A stretch of 64,000 nucleotides of DNA. It comes from a virus. A program made the position numbers and the translations under genes. The notes beneath the pieces were generated by a model that saw only the letters and a program-made list of their open reading frames with translations, was not told the origin of the DNA and ran no database searches. Location of the stretch: IMG/VR virus record IMGVR_UViG_3300031715_000001, positions 32,001 to 96,000 of that record, one strand, 5' to 3'. Numbering within the stretch: the first letter of the stretch is position 1; each line of letters begins with the position of its first letter. This document shows positions 8,038-17,816 of this stretch, one piece after another.

Positions 8038-8615
8038 AACTTCGCCTCGAGGGTGGCTTTGGCGGCGAGGCAGATGGCGAGCGGGGCGGTGGCTGCGAAC
8101 GCTTGATAGTGAGGCTCGTCGTCGTCAGTCTTTGAGAAACAAGTGTGCCAATCGTCAGTCCAGTGAGCAGCGGGCCGCTCGGTTGTAGAGGCTGCATTCA
8201 CGGTGGCATGCCAGCCCAGTTCCCTCATCCGCTCCACCACGCTCCAGGCATCAGAGATTCCAGTTGAAAATCCGGGACATAAACGGGAATTGCCTTTCTC
8301 GTCGCGCCAATGGGAATTTAGCGCAACCCACCCACCGAGCATCATCGTCCCGCGAGGCACGAACCGCCAGCCAAGGCAATGCTCAGCAATCCAGACATCC
8401 AATTCTTCGCCCGGAGCGCCGCCATCGACCGAAGACGGGTGCCCCAACTTATCCGCAGGATCGGCCAGGGGAATCCAGGAACGGTCTACTTGTGAGCGGA
8501 CAAGATCGGGCTCTGAGGATGCCCCTACCCGAGGCCGGGCATCCTTGGATGCTAGTGGTCGGGACAAAGCCGAATCTTTCCCGGCCGACGTCGTCATATC
8601 ATCTTCATGTTTCAT
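8034..8615 (-). CDS. Phage ABA-sandwich (BC1872-like) protein; true start probably near 8410
   Basis: LDVWIAEHCLGW...FSTGISDAWSVVERM...APLAICLAA. The 5' part of the ORF overlaps the long element. Confidence 0.65.
   Translation of the reverse strand: MKHEDDMTTSAGKDSALSRPLASKDARPRVGASSEPDLVRSQVDRSWIPLADPADKLGHPSSVDGGAPGEELDVWIAEHCLGWRFVPRGTMMLGGWVALNSHWRDEKGNSRLCPGFSTGISDAWSVVERMRELGWHATVNAASTTERPAAHWTDDWHTCFSKTDDDEPHYQAFAATAPLAICLAAKATLEAKL
8417..8480 (-). repeat. Long-form element core (partial)
   Basis: CGAAGACGGGTGCCCC..CTTATCCGCAGGA..GGCC..ATCCAGGA, shared with the 29938 and 48711 copies. Confidence 0.65.
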
Positions 8616-9745
8616 GGCACGATACCTCGCATCAGTTGATCAAGCGTTTGATGCTCCCAAAGCGGGATTTCTGATGTCACGCCATAGGCATGTACCTTCT
8701 CGTGGCTCCATCCGAGCCCGGAAATGAGCGCGTTACGAGCGGCGTTAACGTCCCGCTCGTGGTGAGCACCACAGGCCCCGCAGTACCATTCCCTTACCTT
8801 GAGTCCTGCTAAGCCTATTGGACCAGTTAAGGCCCCACAGGTAGAACAGGTCCTCGTGGAATTCCGATTCTCGGGGAAGATCAGTTCCGTACCGCCGATA
8901 AGGCTCTTGTACGAAAGCATGATCCTCAACCCGCCGTGGCCACTATCGCCAACGGATTTTCCAAAACGCTTCGCTATCGCCCGATGATTATCCTTGAGAA
9001 AACAGATCGTCTTGTTCTCCGCTACTAACCGGCGCGACAGCTTGTGGTTCCGATCCCTGCGGCGATTCTTGGCCCGCTCCTGTAAACGATTGGCTAGATG
9101 CCTATTCCAGCCGCGTTGGGCTTGTCCAAATCGCTTCTCGATCTTTCTGAATTCCCGCGGGTGCGATAGCTTTTCGCCGGTACTCAGCGTGACCAGATCT
9201 TTGAAGCCGGGATCAATACCGACGCTAGCTTCGGCGATCCGCCCGATAGCTTTTGGCTGAGCATCGATAAACAGACACAGATACCAGCCGGAAGCGCGTT
9301 TGACAATCCGCCCGCACTTGATTCTGCCCTCAGGAATCCATTGCTTGTGAAAGCCCACCCGTCCAATTCCCTGAATTCCGATCTTGCCGTCCTTGGGACG
9401 CCTCATCGGATCGGGGAACGGAATGGAGTTGAGCGGACGGCGCATTCCTTTAAGTCTCGGCTTGCGCGCCAACCCCTTGAAACAGCGCTGCCACGACATG
9501 TGAACGGTCGAGAGCACCCCCTGTATCGTGTGGCTGGGAATGCCCAAACGCTCACAGTGCCCTGCCAATAGATTGTGGAAGTCTCGCGCCGAAAAGTAAA
9601 TCTTATCTCGCGCGTTTAGCTCGATCTTCCGTAATCCGAAGTTCCAGACCGATCCAAGTATAGGAAGCCAGGAAGACAGAAGCTTCTCCTGTCGCCGATT
9701 CAGCCTGAGCTTGAGTTGATATTGAATCACTGTACTGACGATCAT
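8612..9745 (-). CDS. tnpB: TnpB-family RNA-guided nuclease (IS200/IS605 OrfB), no adjacent TnpA
   Basis: N-terminal YQLKL helix; VGIDPGFKDL (RuvC-I); STRTCSTCG...WYCGACGAHHERDVNAARN (Zn finger and RuvC-III). Confidence 0.9.
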   Translation of the reverse strand: MIVSTVIQYQLKLRLNRRQEKLLSSWLPILGSVWNFGLRKIELNARDKIYFSARDFHNLLAGHCERLGIPSHTIQGVLSTVHMSWQRCFKGLARKPRLKGMRRPLNSIPFPDPMRRPKDGKIGIQGIGRVGFHKQWIPEGRIKCGRIVKRASGWYLCLFIDAQPKAIGRIAEASVGIDPGFKDLVTLSTGEKLSHPREFRKIEKRFGQAQRGWNRHLANRLQERAKNRRRDRNHKLSRRLVAENKTICFLKDNHRAIAKRFGKSVGDSGHGGLRIMLSYKSLIGGTELIFPENRNSTRTCSTCGALTGPIGLAGLKVREWYCGACGAHHERDVNAARNALISGLGWSHEKVHAYGVTSEIPLWEHQTLDQLMRGIVP

Positions 9746-9863
9746 GCTAACATAGCGCGGGCAAGTACGCAAGAGAAAAAGACACTCCGCGCCCGAGATT
9801 AATACTGGTGGAACTCCCCATTGACTATGGGTAGTTAGGCGGGTAAGCTAGCAGGGGAGGGGA

Positions 9864-10100
9864 ATGAAGAAGATACGGAAGAATCCGGCGGCTGTTGCGT
9901 TAGGTAAACTCGGTGCGAAAAAGGGTGGGGAAGCTCGCGCTCGAAGCTTAACCGAACAGGAGCGGCGCGAGATTGGGAAGGCGGGCGGAAAAGCGCGGGC
10001 TAAGAAGATGACCAAGCGGCAGCGCTCGGACAGCGCCCGGAAGGCGGCGGCGGCGCGGTGGGGAAAAAAAGGCCTGAATGGGAAAAGCAGTAAAGGCTAA
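9864..10100 (+). CDS. KGG-repeat basic protein
   Basis: KNPAAVALGKLGAKKGGEARA...KAGGKARA...AAAARW; TTGACT/TAAGCT promoter and GGAGG upstream. Confidence 0.75.
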   Translation: MKKIRKNPAAVALGKLGAKKGGEARARSLTEQERREIGKAGGKARAKKMTKRQRSDSARKAAAARWGKKGLNGKSSKG

Positions 10101-10356
10101 AACACGCGATTCGATCGAAGACCGGATGCTAAAAGCTGTGGCGAAGTATCTGGAGACAAAGGATTGGCACGTTGCGGTTGTCAGCGCCGCCCGGATTCAA
10201 GGGCCGGTGAGCGCTGGGCTTAACTACGAATTCGTGCTGCGGTTCAGCGGCAAAAAGAAAGAGCCGACGGCTGAATCCGCCCTGAAGCAAGTCGAGCAAG
10301 TCGGCGAATCCATCCACGCCATAAAGAGTGCTGCGCGCAAGCACGGATTCCTGTGA
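10078..10356 (+). CDS. Hypothetical protein
   Basis: ORF track; operon context. Confidence 0.5.
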   Translation: MGKAVKAKTRDSIEDRMLKAVAKYLETKDWHVAVVSAARIQGPVSAGLNYEFVLRFSGKKKEPTAESALKQVEQVGESIHAIKSAARKHGFL

Positions 10357-10413
10357 CGCGTATAAAACGGAACGCCGAGGTATCGGACAATCTTCACCGC
10401 GGCATATTACAGA

Positions 10414-11148
10414 TTGCCGCGAGACGGAGGACAAGAAAAAGTGACTGGCAAAAGCTTAGTGTTTTTGTGCTGTGCGATCGCGCACACACAACCACTCGTC
10501 AACTCTCTCGTAGTCCGATCGGTAACGGTGACACCCACCGAAATCAGCGCGGACCTACTCAACACATCCGGCCTAAGCATCACCGCTGGATCGATCCAGC
10601 TCACCACCACCACCGAAACGCAACAGCCCACGGTACAGAAGCTTTCGTTTGAATTGATCTGGAGCACCAATCTGGACGACTTGCGGGCGCCCTACGCAGC
10701 CAAATACCCGGCGAGTATGCAATTTGGCCCTATCCTTCCCAATGCGGTTTATCACTGGCGGCATCCCAACACCAACCCGCCCGCGAAAACCGCCGACGTA
10801 AAAGTGACCGCGGTGATCTTTTTGGGCGGCAAGGAAGAGGGCGATCCGCTGCGTACCATCCCGCTATTCGTGGCGCGCGCGCAGATGACCGGCGAATTAA
10901 CTTATTGGGCCAAGGCCATCGATTCCGTCCACACGCTGGCCCAGCTCGAAACCTTGCTCAGCCATCCGCGAACGCCGGCCGACGCGACTACGGCGGCCGT
11001 GATTCTTAGTACGCTGCGCAGCGTGCCCGCATCCGTGAGCGCTGGGGTGATGACCGAAGGAGCGGGTTTGAACTACGTCCAGGTATATCTAAAGCGAATG
11101 CTGTCCACGTTGGAAGTCGAATCGGTCCGCAAAGGAGGCCAGCAATGA
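10414..11148 (+). CDS. Putative exported protein
   Basis: Hydrophobic N-terminal region; coupled to the next gene. Confidence 0.55.
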   Translation: MPRDGGQEKVTGKSLVFLCCAIAHTQPLVNSLVVRSVTVTPTEISADLLNTSGLSITAGSIQLTTTTETQQPTVQKLSFELIWSTNLDDLRAPYAAKYPASMQFGPILPNAVYHWRHPNTNPPAKTADVKVTAVIFLGGKEEGDPLRTIPLFVARAQMTGELTYWAKAIDSVHTLAQLETLLSHPRTPADATTAAVILSTLRSVPASVSAGVMTEGAGLNYVQVYLKRMLSTLEVESVRKGGQQ

Positions 11149-11786
11149 ACCAGTTATTTCTTGCGTTGCTGTTCGCTCCACTCGCGGCCGCGCAGTGTCC
11201 CGGTTGGGCCATGAGCATCGGAGGGATCTTGGCCGGAACACAGTACAGCTTTTCGCAAACCGGTCCCACCGGAACTGGTATACCTTTCTCCAACTTTTAC
11301 ATCACGCGGACCTACTGGCCGGCTTGTATCTCGCTCACGGGAGCCGGGAGCACGAGCTCGCCGACTTCGCTTAACGCCAGCGGGACTTACGGCTTTGCCG
11401 GAATCTATCCGCAGTGCAATCCCATTTTCAGCGCCGTAAACAGCGGGTATGCAACCGGAATTCAATACGCACAGTATGGAGCCGTCAACGAAGGTTGGCT
11501 GGGAGTCTGTGTCGCGACGGGCATAGTTTCGGCACAGGTCAATTGCCCGACTAGCTGTCAAGCCTCATTGCCGCCACCAACTAAGCCGACAACCTGTGGG
11601 AGCGTGGGGACGCCTCCAGCGTGGTCCTGCAACCTCTGGTGCTGCGACACGTTTTACGGGCTGTGGTACTGTACCGAAGACGGAGTATGCAGCAACAACT
11701 ATTCCAAAAACAGTCCGTTCCTGGTCCGGCCGCGACGGCAGAGTGATGTCCTGGCCATTCAACTCGGGCCACCGCCAGGGAAGTAA
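11145..11786 (+). CDS. Cys-rich secreted protein
   Basis: Signal peptide MNQLFLALLFAPLAAA|Q; many Cys. Confidence 0.65.
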   Translation: MNQLFLALLFAPLAAAQCPGWAMSIGGILAGTQYSFSQTGPTGTGIPFSNFYITRTYWPACISLTGAGSTSSPTSLNASGTYGFAGIYPQCNPIFSAVNSGYATGIQYAQYGAVNEGWLGVCVATGIVSAQVNCPTSCQASLPPPTKPTTCGSVGTPPAWSCNLWCCDTFYGLWYCTEDGVCSNNYSKNSPFLVRPRRQSDVLAIQLGPPPGK

Positions 11787-11815
11787 AAGCAACGCCCAGT
11801 CATAAAGAACCCGCT

Positions 11816-12505
11816 ATGCTAAGAAACTTTGCGCTTCTCAATCTTCTCGCGCTGTCACTCGGCGCAACTCCGACCTATCTCGACACCGGATCAGCCAGCA
11901 TCACCTGTGTCCCGAACGGCCCTGGAGATCCAACCACCGTCCAATCCAGTGGTCCGCAGGCAGCGGCGCAGTGCCAATTGCCCAATCTCAGCCCTGGTGG
12001 TGCCGGTGTAGACGCCAATGGCCTTAACCTTTTGGGTAGTATCGGAGGTTGGGCCAGCGCAGCTTCTTTTAGTGCTAGCGGACAGTCCGTAGATACCGTC
12101 ACTGAGGGCGACAGCAGCGGAGTCGCTCAGTTCAATATCTCATTCCAATGGGGCGTGCTTTTAGATTTTGGAATTCAAGCTGACGTGGCGGCTGATTTTT
12201 ACATCAATGGGGTACCGGTTTGGAATGACAACCATTTTGTGACTGGTGATGTCTCAGTAGGCAATTTTGATATCGCCGCTGTCGATGAACCGTTCAGTCT
12301 AGGACAGCAATTCACCTTGCAGGAAGATGTTAGCATCTCTGGATCGGGGGGCGGTCCAACTGGGATAGAAGAGTACGGAAACTACATCAGCGTTGTCGGG
12401 ATATTAGAAATCAGCGATCCAATTCTTATTCCAGAGCCACGCACGGCTTTTATGGTAATAGTCGGAATCTTACTGCTGGGTATTGCGGGCAGGGACTATC
12501 TATGA
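11816..12505 (+). CDS. PEP-CTERM-like surface protein
   Basis: Signal peptide plus C-terminal IPEP-TM-R sorting signal. Confidence 0.8.
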   Translation: MLRNFALLNLLALSLGATPTYLDTGSASITCVPNGPGDPTTVQSSGPQAAAQCQLPNLSPGGAGVDANGLNLLGSIGGWASAASFSASGQSVDTVTEGDSSGVAQFNISFQWGVLLDFGIQADVAADFYINGVPVWNDNHFVTGDVSVGNFDIAAVDEPFSLGQQFTLQEDVSISGSGGGPTGIEEYGNYISVVGILEISDPILIPEPRTAFMVIVGILLLGIAGRDYL

Positions 12506-12708
12506 ATTCAAGAACTTGGAATGACATACTGATAGCCAGAATCGGCTGGCTGTTATTAAGTATCAGCCTGATGATGCTACTGCAACCGCCCAAATCATTG
12601 AAGGTCTTACTATATTCAATGGCCTGCGCGTCTGTGGGATTCGTCTCTTGTAAAGTCGGTGAAGCGGTTGCGCGCAGATGGTCGAGTCGCAGGGAGTCAA
12701 GTATATAA
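12502..12708 (+). CDS. Small membrane protein
   Basis: Two hydrophobic segments; coupled start. Confidence 0.4.
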   Translation: MNSRTWNDILIARIGWLLLSISLMMLLQPPKSLKVLLYSMACASVGFVSCKVGEAVARRWSSRRESSI

Positions 12709-12721
12709 TTACCTAACCTTT

Positions 12722-13561
12722 TCAAGTTCCCTGACAAGGTACTGCGCTCGAAGTAAATGTACCTGTTGAGTCTACACAAACATACCGTAGGCCGCTGCCG
12801 CTCTTCAGGGTTGGCATAACAATCTCCCCTGGTTGGCTGCCGCTCGCGCCAGTTTTTAGCGTACCTGGAATGCTCACATTTCCACCTGAATCCAGAACTA
12901 CGCAATTCGGACAGGAGATCACGCCGGTTGCAGGGTTGTAGACAAGCGGCGCGAGAACGCCATTAATGACCAATGGACCAATCGCTGGAACGGGCGCTGG
13001 CTGTGCGGTTCCGGATATCTCGACGCGGAGCCCGGTTGGATTGGGATTGGGCGTATAGTTCGTGACCACAAAATCAAGCGTGTTGATTCCGGCGATAAAT
13101 CCGGTCGAGATGGGGAAAGGCGTAAGGGAAAGAAAGGAATCGGAACTGGGGCCAACCGCTGTACCGTTGATCTTTATGATGATAGGGGGATCGTCGGAAG
13201 CAACCTTCACCGTAAGGGCCGCCGTGCTGATATTCAATCCGGTGAGGTCGAAAGTGGTTCGGTAGGTATATGCGCCCGCTAGGTTGCCAGATCCAGCATC
13301 CGCTCTAGGCCCAATCCATTTGGAATTTGGCCCGCTAGCCAGCCAAAGATTCGTTGCAATCGGCCAAGCGTTATTGACCACATATGCGTTCGGGCCTGGG
13401 TAGGCAGGGTCCGCGCTGGTGATCAACTTGTAATGCGCGTCCACGCTAGCGTCGGATGCCAGGACGCCAGGGGAGACCGTGCCGGTATTAAAAATTGGAA
13501 TCGCGACTGGGGTTTGGGCAAGAATGGAACAGGTTATGCCGAGGTATATTAGCATTCTCAT
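12722..13561 (-). CDS. Signal-peptide beta-sandwich protein, last gene of the fibre cluster
   Basis: MRMLIYLGITCSILA|Q; SKWIG...YTYRTTFDL...NPTGLRVE jelly-roll-like domain. Confidence 0.7.
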   Translation of the reverse strand: MRMLIYLGITCSILAQTPVAIPIFNTGTVSPGVLASDASVDAHYKLITSADPAYPGPNAYVVNNAWPIATNLWLASGPNSKWIGPRADAGSGNLAGAYTYRTTFDLTGLNISTAALTVKVASDDPPIIIKINGTAVGPSSDSFLSLTPFPISTGFIAGINTLDFVVTNYTPNPNPTGLRVEISGTAQPAPVPAIGPLVINGVLAPLVYNPATGVISCPNCVVLDSGGNVSIPGTLKTGASGSQPGEIVMPTLKSGSGLRYVCVDSTGTFTSSAVPCQGT

Positions 13562-16272
13562 CTGACAGTTACCCCAGAAATCGTCGCGCCAGAGAATGTA
13601 GTGTTGCCAGTCGGCGTAGGCAAAGAGAAGCCTGTCGCGCCGCAATAAACAGCCAGGTTGTCTGGTGCTCCGGAATCACTGTGGCCGCACTGCAATGTTC
13701 CGTCTGGCGAGATGGAAGTTTGGCTGACGTAGTAATCCGTGCCTGTATAGTCACCAATGACACTCACGCCGCGAGTTTTGAGTAATTCAACTACGTTTAT
13801 CGGGGTGGCCGAAGTGCCAGTAGCCATCGGCGAAAAGTCCAGAATCATCATGTCCGACTGATTCTGGTAAGGACCGTTTACGCCACTAGTTGCCATCGTA
13901 ACGTCGGGGGTGAATATTCCGGTCCCGGCAGTCCAGGTACCCCCCAACGTCCCTCCACAATTGAAGGTCGAGCCCCACTGAGCCGTAGCGCCTGAAACCG
14001 TCCCGGCGTTGTCGGTCAGCGTTAGGCTCGTGCCGCTATTTACCGTCGCCACTTTACAGAACTTTCCTGAACCCAGAGAACAGGTGGTGACGCCAGCGAT
14101 CTGAATGTAGTGGCCGGCCAGCGCACTATCAAAGGCAGGACCGCTCGTTGCGGTTAGCGCCGTACCGCCCGTTACGTTCACGCTGCCGGTCAGATTGGTA
14201 AGTCCAGCGATGGTGCATTTATTATTAACGTCCAACAGTCCAGTCACGCCAGAGAGAGTGATCGGGCTTCCGACGATCTTATTGCCGTTTGATACTGGCA
14301 GGTTTCCATTTATATAGTTAGCATCAACGGTGAGTGAGCCTGGGGTGCCGGTTGTCAGACTTCGAATGGCGTAGCCGTATACTGCGGGGGCGCTGTTACC
14401 ATTGTCAACAGTTATGATTGACAATGGAGCCGTCAAAGCTCCACCGACATGAAAGTCCTGAAGTTGGTGGTCTATCGGGAAGAGGAAGTATGCGCCACCG
14501 CCTGCCTGCACGGGCGTGAACATACTGACTGCGCCGCCCGCATCTGGATCAGAAGCGGTAACGACGCTGTATGCAGCCAAGTCTACGCCTTGAACAAAAA
14601 GCTCATGCTTGACGCCGCCTATGGAAACCTCAACCCAGCCCGCGTGCCCAGCGGAATTACAATTGGCATTCGCACAATCGGTCGCTGCATTGGAAATTTG
14701 TTTGAATAGAAATCCTTTATCGCTTGATGATGGCCTTACCGGCATCGGACCTTCATCTACAATGGTGTGCCCCGGCCCTAGCCAACTCAAGAGTTCGTCA
14801 GCGGCGCTTGTAGCGCTCGTTGCTTCCAGAATGCACCACATCTTACCACTAACACCGGAGAATCCCTGACTGCACTGAAGAATTCCTCTGATATTCGTTT
14901 GGCTGCTACTACTAGGATTAGGATTCCCTGGGCTGATCGTTGTGAGCGAGCCATAATTGTACGTAACATAAGTCCCATTCGTTACGTCTGCGATTAGGGC
15001 TATTGGGCTATTACCTGTAACATGTACGTTGTTGGTGAGTGGGAAATACTTCCCACCAACCACCATTGTGTCGTTTGAAGAGGCGAGACTATATAAGGCC
15101 GTAAAGGAGGGTCCGGTCGTTCCCACCAACAAACCTATATCCGCGTCGGAGCCGCCCGGAATCAGGACCCGATGAATTGTGGCGGAATGCGTAGTATAGA
15201 GATAGGCATCCAAGCCTGGATTGAACGCTGTATAACTTGGGTCCCAGAGCATGTCTCCATCAGTTAGGGTTGTGACAGTCAACACATCACCAGTACCATT
15301 CGTCTTGGTGATGTAAGTCGTACCACCTGGAAGGGTCTCTGTTATTACGTAATTGCCTGTCGTGCTGACGGAAGACTGAGGACCATCCGTTAGGATCACT
15401 CGAATGGCATTCGATGGGGTAACGCGATAACGAACACTCCCTGCTCCTGGGCCAAAGTTCGGGTCGGTGTCGGTGGTGGACGTACCGGGAGTCGTCGGCA
15501 GGAAACGAGTTCCACCAGGCACGGCGTTTGTAATAGTGCAAAGTTCCTCGTGTTGATAAATAGCACTCCCAACAGCACAGTTTACAGCAGCCCCGTTAGG
15601 AGTCTTCCAATTTTGAACGGACGGTGCAAAGGTCTGATAGTTGATTGTTTCCGTACAGCCCGAAGGGCACGAGCCGCTTTGAGTGATGGTGATAGTGGAC
15701 TGCGGGCAGTTTGTTCCTACTGTTGAGCATGCCGGGAAACCTGTCAGATTCGATCCGGTCCAGTAAACGTAGACCTGATTTGGGGCAGTTGTCGTTGACA
15801 CCGTGGCTGTCCCAGAGCATGAAGCCGCTGTTCCAGGGCTTGCTATAGCCGTGGTTGGACTGGAAGTATAGCCGCCGCCTCCATTGGTGATGACAAGTGC
15901 TGTCCCTCCGGCGATTGTATTTGTGCCGGTCAACGCCACTGTGGCCGCGCCGAGTTCCCCACCTCCGTTGAACAGATTCAGGACACAGGTCTGGCTGACT
16001 GAACCGACTGCCGTGATGCCGCTTGTATAAGTCCCAGCCGTTAGTGTCGAAGTGACCTGGGTGTGCATGATAGCGCACAGAGAACCACCGGTCGTGATAG
16101 TATTCGCGCATCCCGATACCGTGATCGTGCCCGAACCGCCAGTGAGGGTGATTGCGCGCGGGTAGTCCTGCGCATAGGCCGAGACGCCTTGGAAGGTCAG
16201 CGTAGTAGGGCTGATCTGTCCCAACAATGCGGAAGAAATGGCCAGCGCCAATGCTAAAAAGCCGAATTTCAT
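13558..16272 (-). CDS. Large Thr/Gly/Ser-rich exported or fibre-like protein
   Basis: 904 aa; signal peptide; beta-rich. Confidence 0.7.
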   Translation of the reverse strand: MKFGFLALALAISSALLGQISPTTLTFQGVSAYAQDYPRAITLTGGSGTITVSGCANTITTGGSLCAIMHTQVTSTLTAGTYTSGITAVGSVSQTCVLNLFNGGGELGAATVALTGTNTIAGGTALVITNGGGGYTSSPTTAIASPGTAASCSGTATVSTTTAPNQVYVYWTGSNLTGFPACSTVGTNCPQSTITITQSGSCPSGCTETINYQTFAPSVQNWKTPNGAAVNCAVGSAIYQHEELCTITNAVPGGTRFLPTTPGTSTTDTDPNFGPGAGSVRYRVTPSNAIRVILTDGPQSSVSTTGNYVITETLPGGTTYITKTNGTGDVLTVTTLTDGDMLWDPSYTAFNPGLDAYLYTTHSATIHRVLIPGGSDADIGLLVGTTGPSFTALYSLASSNDTMVVGGKYFPLTNNVHVTGNSPIALIADVTNGTYVTYNYGSLTTISPGNPNPSSSSQTNIRGILQCSQGFSGVSGKMWCILEATSATSAADELLSWLGPGHTIVDEGPMPVRPSSSDKGFLFKQISNAATDCANANCNSAGHAGWVEVSIGGVKHELFVQGVDLAAYSVVTASDPDAGGAVSMFTPVQAGGGAYFLFPIDHQLQDFHVGGALTAPLSIITVDNGNSAPAVYGYAIRSLTTGTPGSLTVDANYINGNLPVSNGNKIVGSPITLSGVTGLLDVNNKCTIAGLTNLTGSVNVTGGTALTATSGPAFDSALAGHYIQIAGVTTCSLGSGKFCKVATVNSGTSLTLTDNAGTVSGATAQWGSTFNCGGTLGGTWTAGTGIFTPDVTMATSGVNGPYQNQSDMMILDFSPMATGTSATPINVVELLKTRGVSVIGDYTGTDYYVSQTSISPDGTLQCGHSDSGAPDNLAVYCGATGFSLPTPTGNTTFSGATISGVTVR

Positions 16273-17816
16273 CGCAGCGTTACTCCAGGAGTTATATTCA
16301 TGCCACTTCCTAGAATGGAAGGCAAGATCGTAGTTCCACCGCTGAACTCATAAGCCCCCGCATCCCACACACCGGTTGCCGGTCGAGAAGTGGTGGAACG
16401 AGACACGGCCTTATGATTAACCGAATCGTAGCTGGTGTAAGTTGAATCGCTCGTGCATAAACTGGCAAAGACGCCCGAGCACGAACTAGTGAAGTCTGTC
16501 CCGACCCCAACTGTTGAGTTGGTCGAAGCTACCGGTGAGTAGGCATAGGTTTCTGAAGCCGTATACTGATCGAAGCGAGGGGAACTGTCAGAGTCAGCCT
16601 GTGCCGCCGTCTGTTGCACGTTGCCACCATCGTTGATGCAACTTCCGTTCACGAAATTGCATATTGTTGGCGAGATGCAGTGAAAATTGCCGTAATGCGC
16701 CGTGCCCGTTCCCGCAGACCCGTTTTGCATACACGCTCCCGTGGCTGTTACGACGGTATTGTTGTAATAATAGAATGTGCCGTTCGTTGAAGGACCACCG
16801 ATGCTAAAGCCTTTATCGGAGTTCACCTCGTTATCGTAAAGAACATTATTGAAGGCATAGGCAACGTAGGATGGGTTGGCTGAATTGGCCAACATGAAAA
16901 TGGTGGTCCCGCCGCTACACACCGAGTGACGGACGACGTTGTTGGAAACTTGGATTACCGTACCGCTAAAGACCCCCTGCGGATAAATCATGTTGCAGTG
17001 ATCGCCCGTGGTCGAGAGGTTGTTATATTCAACTAGATTTCCGTCGATCACGTTGAAGATGCCGTTCATCCCGTCATACACGTAACGCACGATGTTGCCA
17101 TGTACGATGTTGCCGTGCAAGATTCCACCGAAACAGTAGTTGCCTCCTATGTCTGATGAGTCCGATCCGTCGATGACGTTGTACTGAAAAAGATTGCCGG
17201 TTCCTTCGCCGCCGAAGTTGCTCCAGTTCATGGTCATGGCGAATGGATCGTTTGTGCCGGAACCGCAAGAGCCACCCGTACGTGACCAGCCATGAATGTA
17301 AAGATTTTCTACCGTAATACCGTTGCCGTAAGTAGCGACGATGTTTGAACTAGACCCATCGTACTTATAGCCGGTGACCTCGATGTTGTCGAGAGTCAGG
17401 TAATTCCCCGCAAGCCAGACCACGTTACCGAGAGTGCTAGAGTTATTCCCGCAATTAGTCGCTTGGCAACTCCAAATAGGCCGCGTCCAGGATGCTCCCG
17501 TGAACCACGTTTGATCCACGCCGATGTAGATCGTGGACCCGCTGGAACCGGAGTAGGTAAGGTTCACGCCGCCTAAGTCCGTCGAACCCCACGTATCCCC
17601 TCCGTAGAGGATAAAGCGATCCCCAGGATTAGGGGAATATCCAGCAGCGTTAGATGTAGCGCCAGCCATTCCTGGAATATGCGCCCACGGAGTTGCTTTC
17701 GATTGGGCAGTTGTAGAAGAACGAGTATCGAGACCGTTTGTTTTTGAGATATAAAATGTCGCCCCAGACAATGGAAGGCATAGCAGTGCTAAGAGAGCAA
17801 ATCTCCTGTAGGTCAT
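16269..17816 (-). CDS. Right-handed beta-helix (pectate-lyase-like) protein
   Basis: TFYIS...ATPWAHIPG, Asn-ladder repeats, WDAGAYEF; signal peptide. Confidence 0.75.
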   Translation of the reverse strand: MTYRRFALLALLCLPLSGATFYISKTNGLDTRSSTTAQSKATPWAHIPGMAGATSNAAGYSPNPGDRFILYGGDTWGSTDLGGVNLTYSGSSGSTIYIGVDQTWFTGASWTRPIWSCQATNCGNNSSTLGNVVWLAGNYLTLDNIEVTGYKYDGSSSNIVATYGNGITVENLYIHGWSRTGGSCGSGTNDPFAMTMNWSNFGGEGTGNLFQYNVIDGSDSSDIGGNYCFGGILHGNIVHGNIVRYVYDGMNGIFNVIDGNLVEYNNLSTTGDHCNMIYPQGVFSGTVIQVSNNVVRHSVCSGGTTIFMLANSANPSYVAYAFNNVLYDNEVNSDKGFSIGGPSTNGTFYYYNNTVVTATGACMQNGSAGTGTAHYGNFHCISPTICNFVNGSCINDGGNVQQTAAQADSDSSPRFDQYTASETYAYSPVASTNSTVGVGTDFTSSCSGVFASLCTSDSTYTSYDSVNHKAVSRSTTSRPATGVWDAGAYEFSGGTTILPSILGSGMNITPGVTLR

